A stretch of 43,811 bases of DNA, from contig NW_003526945.1 in the NCBI RefSeq assembly GCF_000181795.1, positions 5,431,306 to 5,475,116 on the forward strand, read 5' to 3'. The notes under the pieces were generated by a model. That model saw only the letters and a program-made list of their open reading frames with translations. It ran no database searches and was not told the DNA's origin. The stretch's first letter is position 1; each line of letters begins with the position of its first letter. This document shows, one piece after another, positions 31,823 to 42,870 of this stretch. The translations under genes and the position numbers were made by a program. The DNA is from Trichinella spiralis. Taxonomy: Eukaryota.

Positions 31823-34123
31823 ATGTCGTTTGAAATTTCTCAGTATTCAGAGTAAGTAATTTAATATTTTTTATGTTTATGTTTGTTAATTTCTTATTCT
31901 TTTTTGTTTTGTATTAATACCTTATTTTAATTACGATTATGTTTTTTTACAGCTAAACTGTCTATTTGAAGATTCTAAATTTTAGGATGTTGCTTTCTGA
32001 GATTTGTCAACGATACGACATAATTTGTTGCTATTTTTTGAATAATAAATTGTAATTTTTATTCATTATTTTGATAAATGTTAAAAATTTTCGAATTTAT
32101 CTCCTGTGAAAGTTGAACCATGAAATTAATTGTTGCTTAAGATTAATTGCGTAATTGATATTGGTGAGATATTTGTATTTGTTAAATTGTTTGATGAATT
32201 GGAAATTTGCTCGACAGTTATTGCTTGTAGTAATAATTTTCATTTTTACCATTTATTAGCAACCAAGAATATCAACATCGGAAAGAGTTGTTTTATCTGA
32301 AGATTTCTAAAGATATGAGGAATTTGAAGGTTCGAGTGAATGACATTTTCCAGTTTATTCAGCATGCGTTATACGGGCAGGCTGTTACGGTGAGACCATT
32401 GTTCGCTTCACTGTCATCTTGGCAGCTACTGCGCTATTATGTGTTGATTCTTATCCAAAGTAGTGAAAAGAGGAACTTTTTCCAATACAAATGGTCTATC
32501 CTCAATAGGGGCAAGTTCTACGTGTACAGTGCTCATTTCGAGGGTGCACATCAATTTTGGAAAAATATCCTCCGTATGCCATACAAGATGTACGGTCCTA
32601 TAACTCCACCATTCGGAGATCCAGGTTGCAAGGTGCCACTAGTGTTGACTTTGGAAGAAATGATCTCCTTGAATTATACGGTGCCGAGAGCGTCGATCGA
32701 CGAGAATTCGATGCAGTTCTCTTTACCATTTTACACGGCCTTGAGCGAGCGCAGCCCGGTTTTCGCGATTGACTGCGAAATGGTAAAGGTTGGGCCAGAC
32801 TCGCATGCTTTGAGTCGGTTATCGATAGTGAACGAAAATTACGAAGTCCTCTTGGACGTACTCGTCAAGCCGGACAAGCAGATCACCGATTACGTTACCA
32901 AGTACAGTGGCATGACGCCGCAGTTGTTGGAGGGTGTGACGCTGCGTCTGGAAGACGTGCAGCATTATTTGCGAAAAATATTGCCGCCAAACGCGATCCT
33001 AGTCGGTCATTCGATAAATTACGACATGGACGCGTTGGGACTTTACCATCCGTATTTGGTGGACATTGGCTTTGCTTTGAATCTGAACGAAAATTCTGCC
33101 CTGCGTACCAGTCTTCATCGACTGTGCGAAAGAATTTTGGGACTGAGTGTCCAGGAGGGAGAGGGTAATTGTGCAACTGCATCTATTCGTGCGGTGATTA
33201 ATTTGTTGTACTTGTTTTGCTTTTTTCAGGAGGTCACTGCTCGATAGAGGATGCTTATGCGACGATGCGTCTGTTTCATTTGAAATTAAGCGAAGGTGGA
33301 CAGTATGGATGCGTTCCACTGGGATGGAAAAGAGAAGTGCGTACTGAATGGGATGAGATGTTGGAAATATTATTATTATTATTGTTCTTTGTTTTTTCTT
33401 CAGCTTAAAGAAATCATGGACAAAGTAGAAGCGAAGAAGGAGAATGTGGACAAATCCGGTGTTGATGAAAATGTCAACTGCACGATTTGTAACAAGTCGA
33501 TGAAGATGATTTGTACCGATGCGAACTGTCATTGTCGTAAATTGAAGAAAATTATCAAATGCCAAGAGTGCATGAACAACAGCGGTTGCAAAGATCAGTT
33601 GCCGCCGCATTTGGAAGCAGTTCATTTGAAAGAACGAATAGCCGCAATTGACAGTTTCAAGATGGCAATGGAAATGGTGTTGAAATCTCGGGAAAAGAGT
33701 TTGGCCGTATTCGAAGAAGAAGAGAGGGAAAAATGCGAAAAAAAATTGAACAAGCACACGGGCTTGCCAGCGTTCCGCCAACGCGGTGTGCTGTATCTGC
33801 AAGGGAGGAAGCAGGATTGCATGTTGTGCAACGACATCGATTCGCAGCGGAATTCTGTGGAACATTTCCACGTGGTCAACGACAAGAAGCGCATGGATTA
33901 TTTGATTTCGGACCATTTCGACCATCCGTTTCGAGTGAACGAATGTGAAATTTCCAACTTGCAAGAACAGCGGACTGTCGATCAACAGATGTGCAGCATC
34001 ATCGACAGATTTCCACCGCGTACGATGTTCAATATTTGCTTTATCAATGGTGAGAAGTCGCAGTTTCTGTTTGCACTCTCTGGCCAAGACAGAAAGCCTC
34101 CGCCGTTTCGTAAAATGCGCTGA
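31823..34123 (+). CDS. REXO5: DEDDh 3'-5' RNA exonuclease, REX1/REXO5-like, ~586 aa, 4 exons
   Basis: Exons 31823-31851, 32260-33164, 33230-33336 and 33404-34123 total 1761 nt (phases 2, 1, 0). ExoI FAIDCEMV, LVKPDKQITDYVTKYSGMT, ExoII LVGHSINYDMDAL and ExoIII GHCSIEDA are intact. The N-terminal region (DIFQFIQHALYG...) resembles REXO5/NEF-sp more than REXO1; this subfamily call is moderate. Confidence 0.9.
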
Positions 34124-35062
34124 ATGGTATTTGTTTTTTTTTCTTTTAAACCTGTGACATCGTCCTTTTCTTTTTATCTATTTTAATCAGTAGTTTTATT
34201 TTATTGTTCAAGTTTATGTTTACGTTTACGTTTTAAAAGGCAAGCTTCATATACAGCACTGCCTACTTCAAAATTCACTCTACTTAAATTGTTCGATTAG
34301 CGAGCAGTTTGACGTTGATCGCTTTATTCAAATAGCAGTTATACTTATAATTTGGTTGTATTTTTTTTCCTGTTATTTTTGTTGTACTGCCAATTATACA
34401 AACAGGCATCAGAATTTTGTACTGTAAGTCGGTGAAAAAATATCCTCACGTGAACTTCGCCGACAGAAATGATGATCTGTCAGTCAATTTGAACGCTATT
34501 GATGTATGCCAAAGTGTTCGGAAAACAATCTCAGATAATTGGCAAGCTTTGTTTGTTCTGCTCGCGTTCTCAGATAAGCTGTGGAATGTTTGTTTTGCTT
34601 GAAGTGGACGCGAAGCAGAAAGCAGAAAAATCTTTTTCAACGAAAACACTAAACTTATTATTTACATTTTAATTTATTGTGCTTTTACGAGTTGTTTTTT
34701 ATTTTCTATTTGCATCTCAAATGGGGTGTCGATTTTGAAAAGTTGCAAAAGAAAATAAAGAAAACTTGCATACTGTAAGATTGCTACAAAAAAAAGAAAA
34801 ACAGGAACAACGATGCAAAACAAGCAAAATTTTGCACAAAATAAAGAAAGAAGAAAAAAAATTTTTTTGTTTATTTGAATGATTTATTGATATATTGAAA
34901 TGGATGAAAATGATCGAACAACAGTTGAACGTTTCGAATTGTTTGCGAAGATGGCAGCTGTCGAACGTTGAAATGATAAACTTGTTTCGAGAAAATTTAT
35001 TCGCTTCTTTGTCAAATTGGAAACATCGACGAGAGCTTTTCAAGACCAACATCGCTTGAACG

Positions 35063-35092
35063 TATATATACATATATATATATATATATATA
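35063..35092. repeat. (TA)n microsatellite
   Basis: Read directly; one CA interruption. Confidence 0.9.
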
Positions 35093-35578
35093 GATGGATG
35101 GATAATTGCTAAATTGAATGGAAAAGATGGAAATAAAAACGAATGAAAATCAAAGACAAATAATGTTCGTGTTCATTATGCAAATTGAATTTGTTTCCAA
35201 ATGCAGTTATGGATTGTTTTGCTTCCAAAAATGAGTACCCAATATCGAGGAATAATTTTCCAAATTGAATGGAACGGACCAAAAGTCGCAACTGCAATCA
35301 AGAAAGCAACTGTCGATTGGATCTTCTTCTTCTTCGGTTGATGGAAATTTGATGAAAAAATTATAAACCAAAAACACACGTTGCCGTGTTTTAATGAGAA
35401 GAAAATTTGGGCCGTAGATGGCGTGATTGTAGCATTGGTGCGTTCTATCCGATTGGTCGAACAGCGCGGTTAATTGTGGCAGTAGTCGTTTGTCGGCGAG
35501 TTGGGTGAGTTGTAGTTTTCGGTTGTGCGAGCCGGTGAGTTTGTCGAACAATATTTGGCGCCGCTTTTTGTGCGAGCA

Positions 35579-36394
35579 ATGGGCGGATGCGAATTTTGGA
35601 ACCGCAAGACGGTCTGCATGATCACCGGCGCTAGTCAAAATTTCGGCCGCGCCCTGGCCGAGAACATGGCCTCGCTGCTTGGTCCCGAATCGGTGCTCAT
35701 ACTCACATCCAGGCACGCCAGTCGGCTGGGCGTGGTGCGTCAGGGGATGTACGAGCGGAATTGTCGTCTTCACGTTCACCTACTTACCTGGGATTTGGCC
35801 AAGCCGAACGGCGACCAATATTTGGATGATCTGCGCGCCATACAGCTCGCCCACGGGCTCCGGGACGAACAGTTCGAGCTCGGCTTGGTGGTGCACAACG
35901 CGAGCACTTTGAACGTGCTCGACAAGCCGGTGATCGAGATGCGCGACGAGAAAATCCTGCAAGAGACGCTAAACGTGAACGTCGTCTCGATGCTGGTCAC
36001 CAACGCCTGCTTTTGGAGCGTGTTTGACCAATGTGAGCAGAAGCTGATCGTCAACATGAGCGCCCCGTTGGCAGAAAGCACGGCTCCGTCGTTCGGCATG
36101 GTCGGCTTGGGCCGGTCGTCCAGGATGACCGTGCTCAACGTGCTGGCGTTGGAAACGCCCGACGTTCAAGTTCTGCACTTCAATCCCGGCGCTTTGGACA
36201 CCAGCTGGCTGCGCACCGTCATCGACCACTCCCACAGTCAGGAAATCCGACACCAACTGCAGGCAATGTACGAACAGAACCGCGTTTTCAAAGCCAACGA
36301 AGTGGCGCTCGCTTTTCTCCGTTATCTGGCCGAAAATGAGATCCAATCCGGCGTTGAAATCGACGCTCGTCAACTGATCCAACGCTGCTGTTAA
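35579..36394 (+). CDS. SPR: Sepiapterin reductase-like short-chain dehydrogenase/reductase (271 aa, single exon), predicted catalytically inactive
   Basis: First ATG in the ORF is at 35579 (MGGCEFWNRKTVCMITGASQNFGRALA). Colinear SPR-type motifs: LLGPESVLILTSR, VVHNASTL, LNVNVVSM, IVNMS, VLALETPDVQVLHFNPGALDT and EIQSGVEID near the C-terminus. The catalytic S/Y/K positions are occupied by A/V/R. Confidence 0.88.
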   Translation: MGGCEFWNRKTVCMITGASQNFGRALAENMASLLGPESVLILTSRHASRLGVVRQGMYERNCRLHVHLLTWDLAKPNGDQYLDDLRAIQLAHGLRDEQFELGLVVHNASTLNVLDKPVIEMRDEKILQETLNVNVVSMLVTNACFWSVFDQCEQKLIVNMSAPLAESTAPSFGMVGLGRSSRMTVLNVLALETPDVQVLHFNPGALDTSWLRTVIDHSHSQEIRHQLQAMYEQNRVFKANEVALAFLRYLAENEIQSGVEIDARQLIQRCC

Positions 36395-37962
36395 TTTTCA
36401 CACAATTGACGATTTGAAACCGCTTTCCAAATTGTAATCTACATCTCCAACCGTGCTTGCTTTATTCATTTGTCATAAAACGGTGTCAGGTGAACAGCGT
36501 GTACACAAACAGCGGAAGTGCTTTTCGATGAGGATGAAATTGGGTTGTGCATTTCTATTGACCGTATATATGATTCTGTAAGTGCAATTTTTATGTGCTT
36601 TTTTCAAATAAACAATCACGAGTGAAAAGCAGAAATTAATTTGCAAGAAATTGCACAAATTAATTTTCAAAATTATCATTTCAAGGTGGCATTTCGTTGG
36701 CGGCAGAACTTTACCATAAAATTATTATTCATTCAAAATTAATACGGATAAATATTTAATCCGTGAACACGGATTCAAAAAAGAAAATTACCCTTCGCAA
36801 TCTCACAGCACTGATAAATAAAATTATCTCCATTAATGGCAGCTCTGTTGCAATGGTTCTTTAATTAAAAATGTAAATGGAAGATTTATGCAATCAATAA
36901 GTCGAATAAGAGGGAGTATTTTTAGCCAAAAATTTTCTTAATTGAAATTTCACGTTTTAACGTGACTAACACCGCAAGCACAATGACAAACAAAAAACTT
37001 TTATTTAAAAAAATTCTTTTTTTTCAAATGATCAGTACTAGTTCTAAACAATACATGCTTTTCTTGTTATAATTTTATCATTTATTTTTTCATAACTGTC
37101 ATTTGTAATGCTAAAAAATTAAAAAACTTCATGCGTGATCAATTGTTTCAATTTCATATTGTTGATATGATTAATTTATTGATTATAACAATGCAAGTGT
37201 TCTTCAAAGTTGCATTTCAAATTTAATTATAATTCATAAAAACAAAAACAGCATCATTTGAAAAGCTGATCAATTAAAAAGTGAATTGAAATAGATAAAA
37301 AAATCATTAAAGATAATTAAGTTCTATTGTATTGTTTGAAAATTTTTTTTTGACAAATTCTACCGCGAACAATTTGAATTTGAATTCTGCTGCGCAAGTT
37401 GAGATGTTCACAATTGAACAGCAGAGTGGTCAGCGATACTTGGTGATTTTGTGCAAAATTTACTTTATTTTCAATTAAATTTTCGCAATTATGCAAATTT
37501 AATGAACGGCTTAATTGAAGCAGTTAAATTTTCATAAATAAAACTCTTTGTAGAATTTCAACTGACATTGAATTGATTCATGATAAAGTGGAAAAGCACT
37601 TGGTACAAATTTTACGCCAATTTTGAATGCACTTCGTTTTTTCATTTTCGAACGACCGGCGAAGTTATACTGTACTGTCGCACTTCAAATGAGCGTGATG
37701 AGCACAACTGAACATGTTGTTGCAAACCAAATACACTATCGTCGTTGTTTACAAAATAAAGCATAACTATTTAAATTTATTGGGAAAACGAAAAAACAAT
37801 TTCTACCAAAATAAAAAAAGTCAAGGCAAATCCGCTTGGCAAAATAATGCAAAGCGACAAACAGACAACTGAAATAATAATTCCACATTTCAATGCGCAA
37901 CTTTGCGTTTTTGCACCAACACGTATGTTTGTGTTCGTCTATGCTATTGTGTATGGCAGTAT

Positions 37963-38868
37963 TCAACAACACCCGAAAAATTTCGATTTAGAATTAAGAT
38001 GCAAATTGACATGCGACTCTGTTCGACAGTCAGCAGCGCCTGCGATCAAATCACACATGCGCTTTGCAGTTGTTTTGAACATATCTTCAACGCCTAAAGA
38101 CGAATGTGAAATATTAAACGTAAAAAATTCAAAATATTAAACATGCAAATTTACCGGCACAAGTTAGAGCTGATGTTTCGAAAAACAATGCCCCGTTAGA
38201 ATCTGCAAGTTGCTTGCCTTGTTCTGTGGAAACTTCTCTCAGTTCAGCCAAATCTACCTTATTGCCAACAACGCAAATTACAAATGGTTTATCAATATTA
38301 AGCTTAAGTTCTAAAATTGAAAAATAATAATTATAAACACTGAATTTTCAATCAATTCTACCATCAATCCAAGATCGGAGACTTTCAAAACTTCGTCGAT
38401 TGGTCACATCATACACAACTAAAGCAGCATCCGCATTGCGATAATACATCGGAGCCTTGACAAAACAATAAAAAAAGGTAACGAAATGAATGCTCGAGCA
38501 AAAATAATATTCAAATTGATCAACAAATTGCAAACCATTGCACGAAATCTTTCCTGTCCGGCGGTATCCCAAATTTGTATCAAAAGATCAGTATCATCAA
38601 CTTTCCTATAAAGGAACAATTGAAGTCAATATGAATAAATTGCATAATAAACAACTGCATACATTTCTGTACGACAAAAAGAAGCTCCAATAGTTGAACT
38701 AACTTGCGTACTAAAATCGGAGCCACTGTGACGAAGTACAATGCTCGTTTTGCCCACGCCTGAAAAACAAATCTATAATCAATAAGAAAAAGGAAAAGGA
38801 ATTATCCGCATTGAACGCAGACCGGTAGATCCGACTAGAACAAGTTTCGCCACGAACGGCTTTTTCAT
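37963..38868 (-). CDS. Rab small GTPase of the Rab5 supergroup (Rab22/31- or Rab50-like), 197 aa, 6 coding exons
   Basis: Exons 38868-38823, 38759-38663, 38605-38536, 38455-38362, 38310-38155 and 38093-37963 total 594 nt with consistent phases. Motifs: [59 protein letters not shown] and C-terminal FFGCC (Rab geranylgeranylation signal). A probable 5'UTR intron lies at 39044-38959. Confidence 0.95.
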
Positions 38869-40780
38869 TGTTACATCAATTATTAAACACGCAATAATGC
38901 TTCCTTCAGTGACAAGCTTCTTCGGAGCAAAGTGCTAATGCACGTGTAGACAATATATCTGTAAGCGAAGAAAAGCAATTGATCACAACTCGGCCAAAAC
39001 ATTCCAATTATGTGCAAGGGTTTTGAAAAACTATATAAACTTACTTTTTGCAACTGCTCAAAATTTCAAGCAATTATCCGGTGAATATGCGCTTTTCTTT
39101 TTTTTTTTGTAAAGCTGGAGTAGTTACGCTTATCGTTGGACTACAAGTATGCAAATTATGAAAACTAAAAAGGAAAGAAATAAAATTATACACTTACAAA
39201 TAAATGAAGTCAACTGGTCAGTGGTGCAAAGAAAATAAATTACACCATTGCATGAAAAAAAATAATCATTCATTCAAAGCATTCGTTTATCACTGAAAAT
39301 TGTGCAAAAATATTCCTTCACACAGGAACAAATTAGCGACAACTTTTGACAATACGCCAAGTCAAAGTGAAAGTCGCATTCAGAACAGCCAGATGAATCA
39401 ATAACTGCATCATCGGTTCGGTGCACGAATCGGAACAGTTTTCTAATTTAAGCAATGCCGTCCTAAATGAATACGTCTGAGAAATGAACATTTACAACGA
39501 AATAGCAACATATCATTATCAAATGTCAAGTGACACATTTGAAATTTTTTTCATTAAATAAACCCTGCATTAATTCAACATTTTCACGAGTAGACGGTAT
39601 GTTTCAAAATCGCAAAATCAGCTCAAATTACACCACCACTATCAGAACCTTGAAAAAAAATTATCGAATAAAAACAATTATCCATACGGTAGTGCAAAGG
39701 CACCTGCTTTTCAATAAATTTTTGTACTAAAAAAAGATTTCTTTCATGAAGTGCAATTAGCTAATTAATATTGTTCTTTTTGAAAATATTTATAGTGAAA
39801 ATTTTTTTTCTTATAAAACATGAACGTTTTGGATGAAATTGTAAATTTTTAATCAGAGTTGGAAACGATTAATTTTTTTTCGTCGCAAAGCGGTCTCGTT
39901 GAAACAATTCAATTGTGCAATTGTAGCACCTTCGTTGACAGTAAAAATTCAGTTTTGTAATGAATATTTCGAATATTATATTTTTTGAATTTCAACGAAA
40001 ATTAATTCGATTATTCGATCATTTGTTTGGTGTTATTATAAAATGAAAAAAAACAAAAGAATGGATGAACGTGAAAAGAAAACCAATAATTATTATTAAA
40101 ATATTTGAAAAAAAATTTTTTTTAATATAAAAATAATTTTTCAGCGATTGTGTTTCGATTGGTGAAAGACGACCGGCTTGGGTTGTGACAATTTATTGGT
40201 AAACAAAAGCCGGATCGACCAATGCCGGCTGAATCTGGGCCGGACTGACAGGTTGAATTGGAGTCGACCTTGTCGCGAACGCTGCGCTGCTTAGCAACGC
40301 AATTGCAGCGTCACCGCTGGTACAGTAAGACACCAACGTCGACTTTGCAAACTGTTATTGATCAAAAGCTGTCATTGGAACGTCGTTTGTTTTGTAGGAA
40401 AAGCCGCGTCCTGTTTGTGCTGAATCATTACTCTGAACAGTGCCCAGCGAAGAATACAAGCGGTCGTCGTTTCGTCAGCAAACTTATACTTTTGCCTGCC
40501 GGCTAACCCGCTGCTAACTTCCTACTTTTCCATTGTTTTTCCACCTTCCTGCCTGCGAAACTGTGCTTAGTTCAATTTTTTTCTATCGTGTATGTTTCTT
40601 TTTTCATTTCTGATTTCATCATGTAAAATTAAAATTATTTTTCAAAACATCATATTTAGAAATTAAAATTAATAACAACCACACGAGAATATACGCCCGT
40701 GGTGAACGTAAATTTTATCCCATTCTTCTTTTGTTTGTGCTGCTTCACTTGTCTGTCGTCCATTGCTCAAACGTTCAACA

Positions 40781-41927
40781 ATGGCACGGTCCTTTTTGAC
40801 AACAAACCTGCTCTTCACAATTTTGGCCGTCATCCTCTATCACCACGGTATAGCATCAACAGTTCACGATGATAATGCTGATTTCCATTTTGCTTGATTT
40901 AATATTACTTTTTTTAAAATTACATATATTTTTTTGTGATTTATCTTTTTTTTCCTTTTAGTAAAGCAATGTCAGGGTCAAGAATTGAACGATCCTGCGC
41001 GTAATTACATCGAAGGAAGACTTGGCAATCGTCGAATTTGGTGGTGTCCTTCTGGATATGGTATTTTCTTTTCTATTTTTTTAAATTAATTTTTTCACCA
41101 TTAAATTTTTTAAAGGACTTACGGCTGGGTAGTGCGCATTCTTTTTTTTGTTAATTTTTTTGGGATTTCCATCCATCCAAATTGTGTTCGTATGATTAAT
41201 TTTCACTTTTACAGTAGATCAACTGCTGGCAAGTGTTTATTTACAATGCCACACCCTACTACGTTTACCCATTTAACGCATTCGAATTGATTTTACAATC
41301 ATTGCCGTATAATTTCAATTTAATACTGAAAAAAAGTATTATTCTTATTTCAATTATTCAACTTTTGTAAGTAAAAAATTTTTAATAAACCTGAGCTAAA
41401 TGTAATATGGTAATAATAATAATAATAATAGTTTTTTTGCTTGTCAACGAAACGATGAATCATGCTTCAAACGCGCACATTGAGTCATTGAACTGTTTGA
41501 GCTCACCAATGATAAATAGCATTGTTGTTTGTTTGTGTCAACATTTCGAAAGGTTGCAGGAAACGTTTTTGAAATAATCACCATTACGATTGTTGTTCAA
41601 TTTAATTTTTTGAAACGTTAATGCGATTGTAGGATATTTATCATTTTGTCCACAGCCAACCGATTGGGATAACTACAACTGGTGTTGCACCTGGCCTTAT
41701 ATGGGAACTTGGAAACCGTCTTGCTGTCCATTTGCTATTCCGTAAGTTGAAAATTTGACTTGACACTTAATTATTTTAAATTTTGTTGTTTTTTTTATTT
41801 TTAAATCAGAACTGGAGCTGTGGTTGCCGTTATTATTGCCGGTGTAGTGCTTACAGCCGTTTTGATTGCTCTCTCGTGTTGGTGCTGTTATTGTTGTCCT
41901 CTTTACAAGCAACTTTACGAGTACTGA
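40781..41927 (+). CDS. Small Shisa-like single-pass membrane protein with six extracellular cysteines (130 aa), 4 exons
   Basis: Exons 40781-40847, 40962-41060, 41633-41741 and 41810-41927 total 393 nt (phases 1, 1, 2). Translation: MARSFLTTNLLFTILAVILYHHVKQCQGQELNDPARNYIEGRLGNRRIWWCPSGYGYLSFCPQPTDWDNYNWCCTWPYMGTWKPSCCPFAIPTGAVVAVIIAGVVLTAVLIALSCWCCYCCPLYKQLYEY*. This is signal peptide, C*C*CC*CC ectodomain, TM helix and juxtamembrane Cys cluster. Confidence 0.85.
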
Positions 41928-42319
41928 ACACACAAAGCTCTGGCTGTATGCTCCGGTATAAACAGCTCGTCAGTTGATTTTATCCTCTGCGCTGACATTT
42001 CTCATAACTGCATTGCCTCTGATCTTATTTTTGTAAAAATTGGAAAAATTCTCATTCTGAATCAGTCGTTAAATATTAGATTTATTTTTTTTATTTTTAT
42101 TCTTTTCCTGTTTGTTTTGCATTACTTTACACTTCATTCAGGTACACAGTAGATTGTTATCTACGTTTTGTTATAAATATATATTTATATTTACATTTCT
42201 CTATACAATACTGCGCATATACTCTGCACATTTCGAATGATCCATCTTATAAGTATACTTATTTTTCAAATCAAACTAGTAAATTAATACGCTCGAATAT
42301 TGGATAAATTGTTGTAACA

Positions 42320-42870
42320 TTGGTGACCTGTGTTCATATCGAGGCAGAATTATCCAGATGAATAGAATTATTACAATAAAGAAAAACAATTATCAGGTTG
42401 ATATTTTCCTGACATTGCTGCATCACTGAAAGCAAATTTAATTTTCAAGGTTACCGGTTAACACCAGTAAGGTCGTTTGCTGAACGACTGGAATGTCAAA
42501 GTCTGGTCTTGTCTGCTAGCAAATTCTTATGTTTGCCATTCTGAAGAAGATTAACGGCTGAAAATTCGGACAAGGCCACCTATCAAGTCTGGTTATTATT
42601 CTACTCGTAAAACTTGCACAGCTTCCTCAAGTAGTTAGTTATCGTTTTGCAAGCAGACTTCCATCCTTTTCAACTTGTTTTAGAGCAGTTCATCGAAAAT
42701 AATATCAGTTAGAAGTTGAAGATTGAAAAAACAATGCCAACAAGTTTAAGGGATGGTCCCAGTTGGGCTCAATTTTATTCCCATTCGGTCCCACTGTTCA
42801 TTTATTGGTCGTTGTCCTTGCTATTTTATTAGTCCGTAATCTCGCTATTTTATTAGACCGTAAAGTCTTT
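42320..42870 (+). mobile_element. Probable decayed, internally deleted Mutator-like (FLYWCH/MULE) DNA transposon relic
   Basis: Broken + strand frames give, in the expected order, fragments reminiscent of nematode FLYWCH-MULE transposases: YRGR (~42337), AASLKANL (~42417), KSG..SASK.ILMFA (~42498-42540) and CFRAVHRK (~42676). They are interrupted by stops and frameshifts. Recognition is from memory only and boundaries are approximate. Confidence 0.35.
42820..42863. repeat. Short direct repeat (20 bp x2, period 24)
   Basis: GCTATTTTATTAGTCCGTAA (42820-42839) and GCTATTTTATTAGACCGTAA (42844-42863), one mismatch. Confidence 0.85.

Noticed and set aside
32999..34087. 362-aa minus-strand ORF
   Set aside because: Antisense shadow of the exonuclease exons; it runs through their introns and has no recognisable motif.
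35525..35578. ORF-track start for the SPR-like gene
   Set aside because: It is a GTG start. The first ATG at 35579 gives a normal SPR-length N-terminus.
35207..36382. Several 60-190 aa minus-strand ORFs
   Set aside because: Shadows of the GC-rich SPR-like CDS.
31823..36394. REXO5-like and SPR-like genes as a nematode operon
   Set aside because: Same strand but ~1.45 kb apart with a microsatellite between them; no sequence evidence for co-transcription.
38821..38840. ACCGGTAGATCCGA resembles miR-100/miR-99 (AACCCGTAGATCCGAA)
   Set aside because: The seed is mismatched, no hairpin partner is visible, and it is simply the antisense of the Rab P-loop codons (VGSTG).
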